Source of the DNA: a virus
Reading direction: 5' to 3' (one strand)
Virus record (IMG/VR): IMGVR_UViG_3300033388_002987
Span: 1 to 64,000 of that record
Length of the DNA: 64,000 bases
The notes under the pieces are model-generated. The model did no database searches. It was not told the DNA's origin and saw nothing but the letters and a program-made list of their open reading frames with translations. Within the stretch, counting starts at the first letter, position 1. Every line of letters begins with the position of its first letter. Positions 1 to 9,316 of this stretch are shown here, in pieces. The position numbers and the translations under genes were made by a program.

Positions 1-587
1 TCAATAGTGCTACCATTACTAGTACCATCTCCACCTATCATAGTAGCTAGTAAACCTTCGTCACCAATAGTTTCGTCTACATAACCACCAATAGTAGTTG
101 GATAATTAGTAGTATTAAATAAACTACCAGATACATTAATTTCGTAGTCTGTATCATTTTGAGTAGCCTGATTTATTACTGTGAAAGTATGTGGTAAAGA
201 AACTGCATCAGTATGAGAAGGTTCTCTAACAGAAATATAAACAGTATGCCCAGGCTCATCAGCGGCAACCTCACCAGCTGATACAGTGATAGTACCACCC
301 ACTCTACCAGCTGTACCATTACTAGTTATTGGCTCTCCCCAGATAGCATCTGCCGTGTAACTAGTGTAGTTATCAATAGGAACAACTAACGGTGTATTCT
401 CAAGTACTGTTGTGCCGGCTGCAGGATCTAGTATAGGAATAATAGTAGTATTCCCAATAGATATTACATTACCACTGGCATCTTTAGTAAATAAAGTCCT
501 ATCAGTAAGATTAATAGCAATCTCTGCTTTGTCTAGTTCAGAAGCCTGCGGCTTCAGTCCTGTAGTTTCTAAATGATTATGTGTCAT
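1..587 (-). CDS. tail fibre/tail-associated protein (partial, runs off window)
   Basis: ATG at 587 overlaps the upstream stop (TAATG). Manual translation MTHNHLETTGLKPQASELDKAEIAINLTDRTLFTKDASG resembles a common tail-fibre N-terminal motif; T/G/S-rich thereafter. Not in the ORF track. Confidence 0.6.
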   Translation of the reverse strand, partial: MTHNHLETTGLKPQASELDKAEIAINLTDRTLFTKDASGNVISIGNTTIIPILDPAAGTTVLENTPLVVPIDNYTSYTADAIWGEPITSNGTAGRVGGTITVSAGEVAADEPGHTVYISVREPSHTDAVSLPHTFTVINQATQNDTDYEINVSGSLFNTTNYPTTIGGYVDETIGDEGLLATMIGGDGTSNGSTI

Positions 588-2287
588 TATACTGGTTCTC
601 CTGTAAGTAATAATCCGGTAACACTAGCCACTAAAGTGTCTAGGTTTACATCTTGTGTTGCTGTTATATGTTGTAATGTTACTAGCTCTGCATTAGTTAA
701 GTGGTTATGCTCACCAGGAGCTCCACCAGTAATTCCGGATAAATTCTCATGATCTCCAGTACCACCACTGCTAAATGTATTTAAGGATGCATCTGTATTA
801 TCTATCTTAATGATAACTGCCCCACCTTCTTGTGTAATAACTCTACCAAGTAGAACACCATGTCCTGCTAAAGATGCTGGGAGTGTTGGAGGCAGATCAT
901 CTAAAGCCTCAGCCTCAGTTGCAAACTCAGCTGTACCATATATACCTACAATCTCAGCAGCCTCACCAACTCTAAAGTAAATCCAAGATATTGTAAACCA
1001 CCCAACAGTTAATGCGATTAAATCTGTACCATTATCATACTGGGTATTGTTAATTGCTGTAAGAGTACCCGTCGTAAGTACACCACTAACATTCCTATAA
1101 AAAGGCATAACAGTGGCTGAGTTCCATGCTGCACCACCATACTCTTTTAATTGAAAGAAGTAACTTGGAGCAGATACATCTATCTCAAGACCAGTACCTG
1201 CTGAAATAATCCCACCGCCTTTACGAATAAATGGGCTAGTGTAGAACTCTCTAACTTGCTCCTTACCAGTTCTATTTACATTTTGTGCCCTAATATCAAT
1301 AATTGATAATGTATTACCTTCTCTAGTAATAGAGTATGCCGCAACTTTATCTCTCATGTTAACAATAGCTGGAGTAGTAGTAGCTGCCCATGTAATAGTT
1401 ACACCATCATTATAATCTATATATATAGTGCTAGTAGCATTATCCGATACAGCTAATGCAGTTGCAGTAGGTACCTCGGCTACAAATAACTCACCATTAC
1501 CCTCAGTATCTGTATTAGCCCTAATAAATGCTTCACCTGTAGTAATGTCAACTGTACCATCCAAATTATCAGTAAGCGCACAGCCAACCATGATACCAGA
1601 TGTGTAAGTATGATTATAAACTTCTTTTAAGGTAGGTATTGTAACAGGATTGCCTATAAGGCTTGTATTAGTAACCTCTGCTAATGTAATAGGGTTGTCT
1701 TGCCAAGTAGTTCCATTAAAATATCTAGTCTTATTAAGACTTGTATCGAAGTACATATCACCAGTTACCATAGCATCACCAGAAACTCTGGTAGTAGGCT
1801 CAACAGCAGAAGCTCCGTAGTAAACATCTGCAAAGTTAGTAACATCATTTATATTCGTAGCAATAGTAGTAATAGCATTAATCTCCGCAATAAGAACATC
1901 AAATGCTGCCTTATCTGCGTACAGTGAATCAAGTGTAGCTTTATCAGTATACAAGCTGTCGAGCGTAGCTTTATCAGCAAAGATTGAATCCAGTACACTC
2001 TTAGAATTATATATAGATTGTAACTGAACTCTATCATTGTAGATACTACCTAGTTCAACCGTCATTGCACCAAGTGCAGCCAGTTCATCCGTCATTGGGA
2101 TTAGTGGCCCTGATAGATTATACATTTCTTTAATAGATCCGTATATACCAGCTCCAAGCCTTACTGTCTCATTATCTTCGTCTGTTAGTTTAGCAATAAT
2201 ATCAAAGTATATACCATCTGTATACTCTGCTTCAGGTGCCCCTGTCCCACGTATTTCTCTAAGTACTTTTAGTAAGTCACTAGCCAT
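587..2287 (-). CDS. virion structural/tail protein, 566 aa
   Basis: T/G/A-rich; YFDTSLNKTRYFNGTTWQ tail-fibre-like motif; lies in the late operon. Confidence 0.6.
   Translation of the reverse strand: MASDLLKVLREIRGTGAPEAEYTDGIYFDIIAKLTDEDNETVRLGAGIYGSIKEMYNLSGPLIPMTDELAALGAMTVELGSIYNDRVQLQSIYNSKSVLDSIFADKATLDSLYTDKATLDSLYADKAAFDVLIAEINAITTIATNINDVTNFADVYYGASAVEPTTRVSGDAMVTGDMYFDTSLNKTRYFNGTTWQDNPITLAEVTNTSLIGNPVTIPTLKEVYNHTYTSGIMVGCALTDNLDGTVDITTGEAFIRANTDTEGNGELFVAEVPTATALAVSDNATSTIYIDYNDGVTITWAATTTPAIVNMRDKVAAYSITREGNTLSIIDIRAQNVNRTGKEQVREFYTSPFIRKGGGIISAGTGLEIDVSAPSYFFQLKEYGGAAWNSATVMPFYRNVSGVLTTGTLTAINNTQYDNGTDLIALTVGWFTISWIYFRVGEAAEIVGIYGTAEFATEAEALDDLPPTLPASLAGHGVLLGRVITQEGGAVIIKIDNTDASLNTFSSGGTGDHENLSGITGGAPGEHNHLTNAELVTLQHITATQDVNLDTLVASVTGLLLTGEPV
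1901..2020 (-). repeat. 30-bp (10-aa) tandem repeat within structural gene
   Basis: Protein LDSIFADKAT-LDSLYTDKAT-LDSLYADKAA; TAGCTTTATC recurs at 1936 and 1966. Confidence 0.85.
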
Positions 2288-2295
2288 CTAATCTC

Positions 2296-2742
2296 CTATG
2301 CTCTTGTTAATGTTTTATTCCACTTATGATTTTCATCATAACTGCGTTCTACTGTTGGATGGTCTAGTTCTTGTATTTCATCTACTAACCATTTGTCAAG
2401 TTTTAATATAGCAACTAGTAAATCTCCACTCTTAGAAGTACCGTCAACCCACTCATTATAATCTGTATAAAACTGTAACTCTACTTTACCAAAATTTGAT
2501 ACACCATCTTCAATATCACCACTTAACTGCTTACGCATCTCAGTTAAGAAGTGATACGTTATAAACATATCAAAACCATCAGTATTATATTCTTTATAAA
2601 AAGGACTACTCTCTTTGAATAAGTCCTTTGCACCATAAACAGCTGCAGTCTGTATTGATATAACATTCTCTAGGTCACCATACCTAGAAACTGGTTTTAG
2701 TGTACCTCCACCAAGCGCTCCGGCAACGGTCATAGTGTCCAC
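2296..2742 (-). CDS. hypothetical late protein
   Basis: 148-aa ORF with AGGAG RBS, tightly packed in the operon. Confidence 0.6.
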   Translation of the reverse strand: MDTMTVAGALGGGTLKPVSRYGDLENVISIQTAAVYGAKDLFKESSPFYKEYNTDGFDMFITYHFLTEMRKQLSGDIEDGVSNFGKVELQFYTDYNEWVDGTSKSGDLLVAILKLDKWLVDEIQELDHPTVERSYDENHKWNKTLTRA

Positions 2743-3182
2743 TCAGTAGAACCAGGGTTATAATCAAGATCTCTAATACCAGCCTCGTCAGCTTCCAACT
2801 CCATTTGTTCAAGTATCTCATAAGTCTTAGCATTATAGTCAAGTATAATTCTATCAGCGGCTTTAACATGAATACCACCTTTTTCACTACTAATGTAGCT
2901 AGCTAAATATCTTGCAACTGCAGGTACTAGCTCTTCGTCAATATCAATCTCATCAATGTCATCTTCTGGGAGTATAGGATTACGTATAAGGTAGTCACCT
3001 TGCGATAGTCTAAGAATATCAGCTGTGGTACTAAGTGTCATTAAATGCAGAGAGTCTGCTTTTGTAGCTACTGTAGTAAGTGCATATTTTAAAAGCCCTA
3101 ACAATACATCAGGATCTGCTGGTAAAGCGTTGTCACCAGTAAGTAATCCTTTTGTTAGATTCTGCAACATTTCATAAGTCAA
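2730..3182 (-). CDS. putative head-tail adaptor/virion protein
   Basis: TTG start after AAGGA; helical protein near the terminase. Function inferred from position only. Confidence 0.4.
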   Translation of the reverse strand: MTYEMLQNLTKGLLTGDNALPADPDVLLGLLKYALTTVATKADSLHLMTLSTTADILRLSQGDYLIRNPILPEDDIDEIDIDEELVPAVARYLASYISSEKGGIHVKAADRIILDYNAKTYEILEQMELEADEAGIRDLDYNPGSTEWTL

Positions 3183-3208
3183 GTCATATCCTTTTAATTA
3201 ATAGTGTA

Positions 3209-3237
3209 ATAATAGTAGGATTCAATTTATTTGTCAA
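3209..3237 (-). promoter_or_regulatory. sigma70-type promoter
   Basis: TTGACA-N17-TATTAT on minus strand upstream of 3182. Confidence 0.7.
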
Positions 3238-3514
3238 CAGGCTTATCAGTAAATTTAGAATTATAAATATCTATCTGCTTTATGTAATACCTCTCTGATT
3301 TCCTTAACATAGTAGCTCCTTGTAGTAGTGTAGGAAGTGACTCACACATTACAGTACCATTAGTATCAGTTATCACAGGTATTGGGGGAACTACTTTAAC
3401 AGTAGCTATAGCAGGACATGTACCTTCTATATAGTAAGGCACTTCAATATACTTGGTGCAGCCACTAATTAATAACACGCTAGTTAGTAGTATTGAAATA
3501 ATTATTTTCTTCAT
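3227..3514 (-). CDS. lipoprotein, o-spanin-like
   Basis: Signal peptide with lipobox LLISG-C; Pro-rich mature region; adjacent to a TM/coiled-coil gene. Confidence 0.55.
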   Translation of the reverse strand: MKKIIISILLTSVLLISGCTKYIEVPYYIEGTCPAIATVKVVPPIPVITDTNGTVMCESLPTLLQGATMLRKSERYYIKQIDIYNSKFTDKPVDK

Positions 3515-3516
3515 TA

Positions 3517-3789
3517 TTATATATAAAACTTAGAGTCTGGTGAGTACTTTGTTGAAACAGGGCTCTCTGCATCCACTTTTGCCACTCTATTATCTGCAAC
3601 AAATTGTGCAGCTTCTTTTTCATTCTTATTTACCTTAGCGGCAATAGCTTTATCTTTAGCAGCTACTTCAGCTTCTTTTTCAAGATTCTCTATCTTATTA
3701 CCACGAGCTTCAAAGATAGTATATATGATACCAATAACAACAACACACCCTGTAATTAAATACCCTTTAATTGTGCTAAACATTGTCAT
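3517..3789 (-). CDS. i-spanin-like membrane protein
   Basis: N-terminal TM helix followed by a charged helical region. Confidence 0.5.
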   Translation of the reverse strand: MTMFSTIKGYLITGCVVVIGIIYTIFEARGNKIENLEKEAEVAAKDKAIAAKVNKNEKEAAQFVADNRVAKVDAESPVSTKYSPDSKFYI

Positions 3790-3991
3790 CCTTTGGTGCG
3801 GTTCCGAAGAACCCTATTATAATAGCTCCAAATGTGATTGAAGAAGTACTAAAGATACTATTAGCAGAAGAAGGATCTACTCCAATAAGCAGTAATCCTA
3901 GTGATAGTAGTGGTATAAGCAGTAACGACCCAAACGCAAGATACACCATTCTGTACCTAATTGCTTGTTTCTCATCTAACGATTTTCCCAT
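3776..3991 (-). CDS. holin-like protein (2 TM)
   Basis: 71 aa with two hydrophobic segments, upstream of the spanin-like pair. Confidence 0.45.
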   Translation of the reverse strand: MGKSLDEKQAIRYRMVYLAFGSLLLIPLLSLGLLLIGVDPSSANSIFSTSSITFGAIIIGFFGTAPKDDNV

Positions 3992-4013
3992 ATTAATTCC
4001 TTTTTATTTTGGA

Positions 4014-4042
4014 AGTCTACTATTACTTAACTTAATTGTCAA
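4014..4042 (-). promoter_or_regulatory. sigma70-type promoter
   Basis: TTGACA-N17-TAGACT upstream of 3991. Confidence 0.65.
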
Positions 4043-5778
4043 GTGTAGCTTGAATAAGCGGAGTCACCATCATCATCTGAATACGCTGAATCTCCCCATA
4101 TAGAACTCTTACCTCTATTGGCACTATTGTGCTCTGCTGAGGTAAATCCACCAACTGCAACCATCGGGTATAAGATCTCCATCATACCAAGTTGACTAAC
4201 AACATCACAGAAATCATCATGTCCACCAAAGTTCTCCCAAGTAGTATACTTAAGTTGTTTCCTAGCCTCAATCATATCAGGTGTGCTCTCAAGCTCTGTT
4301 GGGAAGTGTATTTTATGATTCTGAAACTGTGGTAACATCATTCTAAAACGTGAATGCTTATTACCACCAGTGGCTTTACTAAGAATACCTTCAGCACCGT
4401 ACTTAGCACCCTTCTGTCTAGCAAACGAGAACCACTCGGTTCTCTTAACCATCATTTCTTTAAGCGCAAAGATATGTGCTTTCTGTTGACCATCTACTTC
4501 AATACCTACCTCAACACTTTTACCATGACTGGACCAGAAATTAACCATTCTGAATAACTCATCGTACTGCTCTCCAATACCCTGACGCTTCACACATAAG
4601 TCTACTAAGTAGAAGTCCTTATTACTATTAACAGCCCATACAGCTAATGCAGAGAAGTCTGACTTAGCTTCGGATGTAGTAGTAAAGTCTGTGGTTATAT
4701 AGATATTGTAAGATTGCATCTCTTTGATAAGGTCTTTTCTACTATACCACTCAATCATATCATCTGATATCATTCTATCCTCGTCAGAGGATATACGGAG
4801 CATACGTTCCTGGTTGAACTCTCTAGTAGCATTAGATGCCACAGCACTTTCGTACTGCTCAATAACAGCATGATAAGGATGCATAGCTGTCCACGCACCT
4901 TTATACTCACTCTCAGGCATGCCTTCATATATCTTCTCACATATAGGTATAGCAACAGGAGTGTACGCACCTTGTGTTAACATCTCAATAACAGGATCTA
5001 AAAGGTGGAATGGTGTAGCAACTGAAAATATCTTACCTTTACCACCACCACGCAATGCATTAATAGCATCTGCGTTAATAGTATTACGTAAACTGCTCAT
5101 AATAGTATCTGAGTATGCAGTATCTGAATTAAGAATAACATCATCAAATATAATATGGTCAGGTCTCTCTGCACCTATATTAGAACGAACCCCACGAATA
5201 CCTCCACCGATACCAATGTATCTACAAAGGAACACTCTATTCTTAACTTTACCAGTACCTTTACGGATAAACTCAGACTCAGTCTCAGTAAACCTCATGC
5301 TCTCAAAGTAATTTTGACAGAATACACTATCTTCACATAAAGACTGAACAGCCTTTGCCATAACTCTACCACCACCTTGTTGTGATGCTGCCACTAATAA
5401 GTGAAACTCAGACTTAACACCGTCTGGAGTAATTCCCTTAATAGCACAGTATACTGGATAAAATGCGGTAACAACCGTTGACTTAGCAATACCCCTTGAT
5501 GCAACAATGCATATACGCTTGACATTAATAGTAATAGTATCTCGCACCTCCTTAGAATAAGGGTAATTATCCCTAGTAATATTTCCGAACATTAAGTCCA
5601 CTAACCAATAATGAAATAATGGTGTATCAAATTCAAAGTCTTCACCTTGAACCATTCGCATAATAGCAAAGAACTCAAGTGAGTCCTCTGAAGGTATGTA
5701 ACCGTTAAATGATAAATCAATAGAATCTAGCGCAGCATCTAAGTCAAACTTCTTAAGATTCTTCTTTATATCACTCAT
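4039..5778 (-). CDS. terL: terminase large subunit (N4 gp68-like)
   Basis: Walker A-like SRGIAKST, Walker B IIFDD, RNase H-like nuclease motifs TTDFTT and HDDFCD. Confidence 0.92.
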   Translation of the reverse strand: MSDIKKNLKKFDLDAALDSIDLSFNGYIPSEDSLEFFAIMRMVQGEDFEFDTPLFHYWLVDLMFGNITRDNYPYSKEVRDTITINVKRICIVASRGIAKSTVVTAFYPVYCAIKGITPDGVKSEFHLLVAASQQGGGRVMAKAVQSLCEDSVFCQNYFESMRFTETESEFIRKGTGKVKNRVFLCRYIGIGGGIRGVRSNIGAERPDHIIFDDVILNSDTAYSDTIMSSLRNTINADAINALRGGGKGKIFSVATPFHLLDPVIEMLTQGAYTPVAIPICEKIYEGMPESEYKGAWTAMHPYHAVIEQYESAVASNATREFNQERMLRISSDEDRMISDDMIEWYSRKDLIKEMQSYNIYITTDFTTTSEAKSDFSALAVWAVNSNKDFYLVDLCVKRQGIGEQYDELFRMVNFWSSHGKSVEVGIEVDGQQKAHIFALKEMMVKRTEWFSFARQKGAKYGAEGILSKATGGNKHSRFRMMLPQFQNHKIHFPTELESTPDMIEARKQLKYTTWENFGGHDDFCDVVSQLGMMEILYPMVAVGGFTSAEHNSANRGKSSIWGDSAYSDDDGDSAYSSYT

Positions 5779-6556
5779 TATCTTTACCTACATCAGAAAA
5801 GTCAAGCCCTATTTGCTGTACATCAATTATATCCTCACCATCTACAAGACGTTGTCTCTGGTTAGCAACAATACTCTTCAACTGCTCATTCATCTCTGAC
5901 TGCATGCTCATAGCTGCTTCGCCAGGATTAACACTTATACTAAGCTTCTGCTCCTCAGGCTGCTTAGTAAGTACAGCTAACTCTTTAGCGGCAAGATGCT
6001 GCACCATTGGAGATACTTTATCAGCATTCCCGTACTTATCCTTAGTAGTGGTAGTACCATTCATTAATTCAAATTGCTTCTTAACAGCGGCATGGAAATA
6101 AGGAGCGTACTGTAAGTGTACTGGTATCAGCATCTCTTTATCTATTATAGTAACAAGTTTACTACCATTATACATACTTACATGGTTATCTATTTGCTTA
6201 TTACCAGCAGCTAGAGAGTTATACTTCTCAGGGAATACTATAGACCATGATTCTTTATTATCATAATTCCTTTTAAGATTACAGAACTTAATAGCATTTA
6301 TCAAGTCCTTCATACCTACACCTTTCATACCACCAAGGATATGAGTGTAGGACATGAGGTCTTCTTCTAATAACTCTTGTGGAAGGCCAGTATCAGTCTC
6401 CATATTGTTGATTAACTCAACAATCTCCTGTGTAACAACTATATTAGTCTTATTAGGTAGTAAGGCCTTAATCTTATCTATTGTAACAAACTGTCCAGTG
6501 GCAGGCACTATTTTACTAGCTGCTGCATGAGACTCATTTAATAACTTCTTTGACAT
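5771..6556 (-). CDS. N4 gp69-like protein / possible terminase small subunit
   Basis: Overlaps and precedes terL; C-terminal coiled coil. Assignment by synteny. Confidence 0.5.
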   Translation of the reverse strand: MSKKLLNESHAAASKIVPATGQFVTIDKIKALLPNKTNIVVTQEIVELINNMETDTGLPQELLEEDLMSYTHILGGMKGVGMKDLINAIKFCNLKRNYDNKESWSIVFPEKYNSLAAGNKQIDNHVSMYNGSKLVTIIDKEMLIPVHLQYAPYFHAAVKKQFELMNGTTTTKDKYGNADKVSPMVQHLAAKELAVLTKQPEEQKLSISVNPGEAAMSMQSEMNEQLKSIVANQRQRLVDGEDIIDVQQIGLDFSDVGKDNE

Positions 6557-6577
6557 TGGATTCCTTTTATTTTGGGA

Positions 6578-6607
6578 AGTATAGTGGATAATAGGTTAAA
6601 AAGTCAA
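6578..6607 (-). promoter_or_regulatory. sigma70-type promoter
   Basis: TTGACT-N18-TATACT, then AAGGA RBS and ATG at 6556. Confidence 0.7.
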
Positions 6608-6818
6608 GTTATTGAAGTGGTTTGTTATTATATAAGGTTTAAAGTAGAGGCTAGTTAGGCCTCTGGAGAGATAGTTTTATCAATCAAATCAAATTTAAAA
6701 GTGGAGGGTTATTTAGACGCCTCCTATATATACCGATACTTTAAGGTGTATCGATTGACCTAGCGACATTGTACTAGGTTATTATTAATTAAATCTTAAT
6801 GTAAGGTATTTTTTATGG

Positions 6819-6892
6819 TGGTACGGATATTAAGAATCGAACTTAAGCTACTTGCTCCCAAAGCAAGCGTGATACCACTTCACTATATCCAT
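6819..6892 (-). tRNA. tRNA-Pro(TGG)
   Basis: Cloverleaf folded by hand: anticodon arm CTTGC-TT TGG GA-GCAAG, T loop TTCGATT, encoded CCA. Confidence 0.9.
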
Positions 6893-6966
6893 TGGATGCT
6901 CTGCTAGGATTCGAACCTAGGTTATCACAGTCAAAGTGTGAGGTCCTGCCGCTAGACGACAGAGCA
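6893..6966 (-). tRNA. tRNA-Gln(TTG)
   Basis: Acceptor TGCTCTG/CAGAGCA, anticodon loop CT TTG AC, T loop TTCGAAT, CCA. Confidence 0.95.
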
Positions 6967-6975
6967 GTATTTAAA

Positions 6976-7052
6976 TGGTGCCCAGAGTAGGAATTGAACC
7001 TACGACCCCTAGCTTTTCAGGCTAATGCTCTTACCGACTGAGCTATCTGGAC
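6976..7052 (-). tRNA. tRNA-Phe(GAA)
   Basis: Acceptor GTCCAGA/TCTGGGC, anticodon loop CT GAA AA, T loop TTCAATT, CCA. Confidence 0.95.
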
Positions 7053-7128
7053 TGGCTTCGTATCCTGGGCTCGAACCAGGGACATGCGCATTAACAGTAC
7101 GCCGCTCTACCAACTGAGCTAATACGAA
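7053..7128 (-). tRNA. tRNA-Asn(GTT)
   Basis: Acceptor TTCGTAT/ATACGAA, anticodon loop CT GTT AA, T loop TTCGAGC, CCA. Confidence 0.95.
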
Positions 7129-7373
7129 ATATAATATAGTACTAGGTAGTACTTATACAGTAAGTTTGTTATGAAGAATATCTGTGATTATTTTAAGCCA
7201 CTCTCAGATAAACACCTGAGAAGACTTAAGGAAGTTCTCTAAGGTATCTAGCTGTTGTTAGTCCACTGACTAAAATTAGCATTACTCGGCTGGGGTTGAT
7301 TATTAAACTGATTACAATAAGATGTAGTAGTGTGTATAATCATCGCCGAGTCCTTAAATTTTATTTATGTAGC

Positions 7374-7405
7374 AGTATAGTATGCTAATCTTAATCTAAC
7401 CTTAT
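7374..7405 (-). promoter_or_regulatory. probable promoter of tRNA cluster
   Basis: TAAGG...TTAAG...TATACT on minus strand. Confidence 0.5.
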
Positions 7406-7457
7406 TTCTTACCTGGTTTCCCTTTTTTCTTACAAGCCATTTTTACATCCTTTCATA

Positions 7458-7820
7458 TTATTCCTTTAACCAAGTAGGGACTAAATAATCCCCTTCTGTT
7501 GCATCTAATATCCCCATTTTAATCTTTAGTAGGAACAACCTTTTATCAATAGACCTGTAGTAAGCTTTCTCTTCAGCCACTATACCACCACGCTTCGCAT
7601 TGAAGGTCTCATTCTGCAGAACAACAACTTGCATCCTTGTAAGTGTAAGATCCATCTCAGCAACATTACTTTTCAAGGCATAATTACTAGCCTCTACTTT
7701 AGTAACGAAGTGATCGGTAATAAAACTACCACCAGTGTACACTAGACTAACTACAAATATAATACTCATAGCAAACTTCTTAATATCATCCATCCTAGTA
7801 GCAATCCACTTAAATGTCAT
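7458..7820 (-). CDS. membrane-anchored protein
   Basis: N-terminal TM helix plus helical region; overlapping operon. Confidence 0.55.
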   Translation of the reverse strand: MTFKWIATRMDDIKKFAMSIIFVVSLVYTGGSFITDHFVTKVEASNYALKSNVAEMDLTLTRMQVVVLQNETFNAKRGGIVAEEKAYYRSIDKRLFLLKIKMGILDATEGDYLVPTWLKE

Positions 7821-8034
7821 TAGCTATTGCCTTCATTGCAGTACAAAACCTTGCAGTCTTTTCCTCATGCTCCTTATGCACATTAGATATAGCAGTCTCT
7901 ACTTCCATTACATTAAGCATAGATTCTCTAGAAGCTACCTTTAACTCTCTTATAGCAACATCTAAATTCTTTAATGCCTTATCCACATCTACACAATATG
8001 GCCTAGCGTTACATCCAGCACATTTATTCATCAC
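7810..8034 (-). CDS. small Cys-containing coiled-coil protein
   Basis: CxxC start; overlaps neighbours. Confidence 0.55.
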   Translation of the reverse strand: MMNKCAGCNARPYCVDVDKALKNLDVAIRELKVASRESMLNVMEVETAISNVHKEHEEKTARFCTAMKAIANDI

Positions 8035-8464
8035 TAAAATCCTTTGTGAAAAGTTCTTCTTCTTTTATATCTGGTGCCACATAAGTATGGTCTGGGACCA
8101 TACCATCTATTACCGCTTCATATGCTTGAACTACATCATCTAAGTGCACACAGAAACACTCAGTAACTCCATCCCACTTATGTGTAGTGGTATACTGACA
8201 GTCTGAAAAGAATCTATGTAATATAGTCTCATATTCAAATACCTTATCAGCAGGTACTTCCCTATCTCTCTTAATCTTAATTTTAGCAGTACATCTAAAC
8301 TTATCAAAAATACTGCTATTAATTTGTAGCATACGTTCTTTTGAATTAGCACCACTTGATTTACCTATTTTAGTAATACGCATACCAGAAGGCAGCTCTA
8401 TATCCATTATATAAAGGCGTTGCTTTTTAGCAGGAGGTTTCCCGCCTACCTTAAGGAATGCCAT
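8024..8464 (-). CDS. T5orf172/MUG113-type GIY-YIG superfamily protein
   Basis: LYIM...KIGKS...ER...E..LH...G.TECF pattern. Confidence 0.7.
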   Translation of the reverse strand: MAFLKVGGKPPAKKQRLYIMDIELPSGMRITKIGKSSGANSKERMLQINSSIFDKFRCTAKIKIKRDREVPADKVFEYETILHRFFSDCQYTTTHKWDGVTECFCVHLDDVVQAYEAVIDGMVPDHTYVAPDIKEEELFTKDFSDE

Positions 8465-8622
8465 TACAGTTCGTAAACCTCACACTCTTTAGCACAAGCT
8501 TTCTCCTCGGCTTCTACTATATCAAACAACTTGCACCACAAAGCCCACGCTTCATGCCTAACATTGAAAGGCAATTCCATACTATATATAGTATCTACCA
8601 ACTCATTCATTTCAGTAGTCAT
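8464..8622 (-). CDS. hypothetical 52-aa protein
   Basis: Manual translation MTTEMNELVDTIYSMELPF...; TAATG-coupled to 8464. Confidence 0.5.
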   Translation of the reverse strand: MTTEMNELVDTIYSMELPFNVRHEAWALWCKLFDIVEAEEKACAKECEVYEL

Positions 8623-8725
8623 TACTAACCTTTTTTCCAAGAGAGTTCTCTGGGCACATTTGACTAAACCGTGTAATCATCGTTATTAGAGAAGGGTCTC
8701 TGGGCAAATAATTGCACACAAACCT

Positions 8726-8959
8726 CTAACTATTCTTAGCTAATCCACAATCAGCACATACCTTACTAAGGCCACGTCTATTTCTCGTAACAACCACTGC
8801 ACCACTACATGCACACTTAGTATTGCTAGAAGCTTTCCTAATGATCTTTTCAATCATTTCTTTACTAGAGCTAGGCTCTTTAATAACCTCAACTAATTTT
8901 TCTTCTTTAATTTTCTTAGGCTTTTTACCCTTAACTACTTCATCTTTCTTTTCAAACAT
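8726..8959 (-). CDS. small basic Zn-finger protein
   Basis: Lys-rich, CxC...CxxC, AAGGA RBS. Confidence 0.6.
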   Translation of the reverse strand: MFEKKDEVVKGKKPKKIKEEKLVEVIKEPSSSKEMIEKIIRKASSNTKCACSGAVVVTRNRRGLSKVCADCGLAKNS

Positions 8960-8979
8960 AAATATCCTTTATTTTCAGC

Positions 8980-9012
8980 ATTATATATAGATATATCTTT
9001 AAGTAACCTTAA
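8980..9012 (-). promoter_or_regulatory. promoter of leftward operon
   Basis: TTAAGG-TTAC-TTAAAG-N11-TATAAT upstream of 8959. Confidence 0.6.
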
Positions 9013-9120
9013 GGAATTAACTTCGACTTCGTCTCGTCAACACCCGCTCTACGATCAAGTGGTTAGCCTATCGGCTTCCCACTCGCTCGTATTCGCTTGA
9101 TTTCCTTGCTCTCTTTGCCT

Positions 9121-9268
9121 AGGAGGTATTCGCGCAGCGGATAGCGACTGGCTAAAGGACTCTATTGGGACGGGCTGATAATAGCAATCTGTTGGTAGTG
9201 AGGGATTGGGTAGTACTGGAGTTGCCTTGAATTTTTATATAGGAGCCTTTGCGCAGCAAATGGCGACT
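9121..9268 (+). repeat. two imperfect 28-bp hairpin repeats (AGGAG...GC-GCA-GC...GCGACT), 120 bp apart
   Basis: 9121-9149 and 9241-9268 share a C-GCA-G triloop and flanks but have different, self-complementary stems. Confidence 0.75.
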
Positions 9269-9292
9269 AAGCTTTCTTAAATGGGAGCTTAG

Positions 9293-9316
9293 GGCTTTAA
9301 GGCTTTAAGGCTTTAG
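9293..9316 (+). repeat. GGCTTTA(A/G) x3 tandem repeat
   Basis: Read directly from the sequence. Confidence 0.85.

Noticed and set aside
1700-8355. Plus-strand or off-frame ORFs overlapping late genes (e.g. 1700, 3783, 4354, 4919, 5904, 7814, 8140)
   Set aside because: Shadows of real minus-strand genes, with no RBS and Ser/Ile-rich composition.
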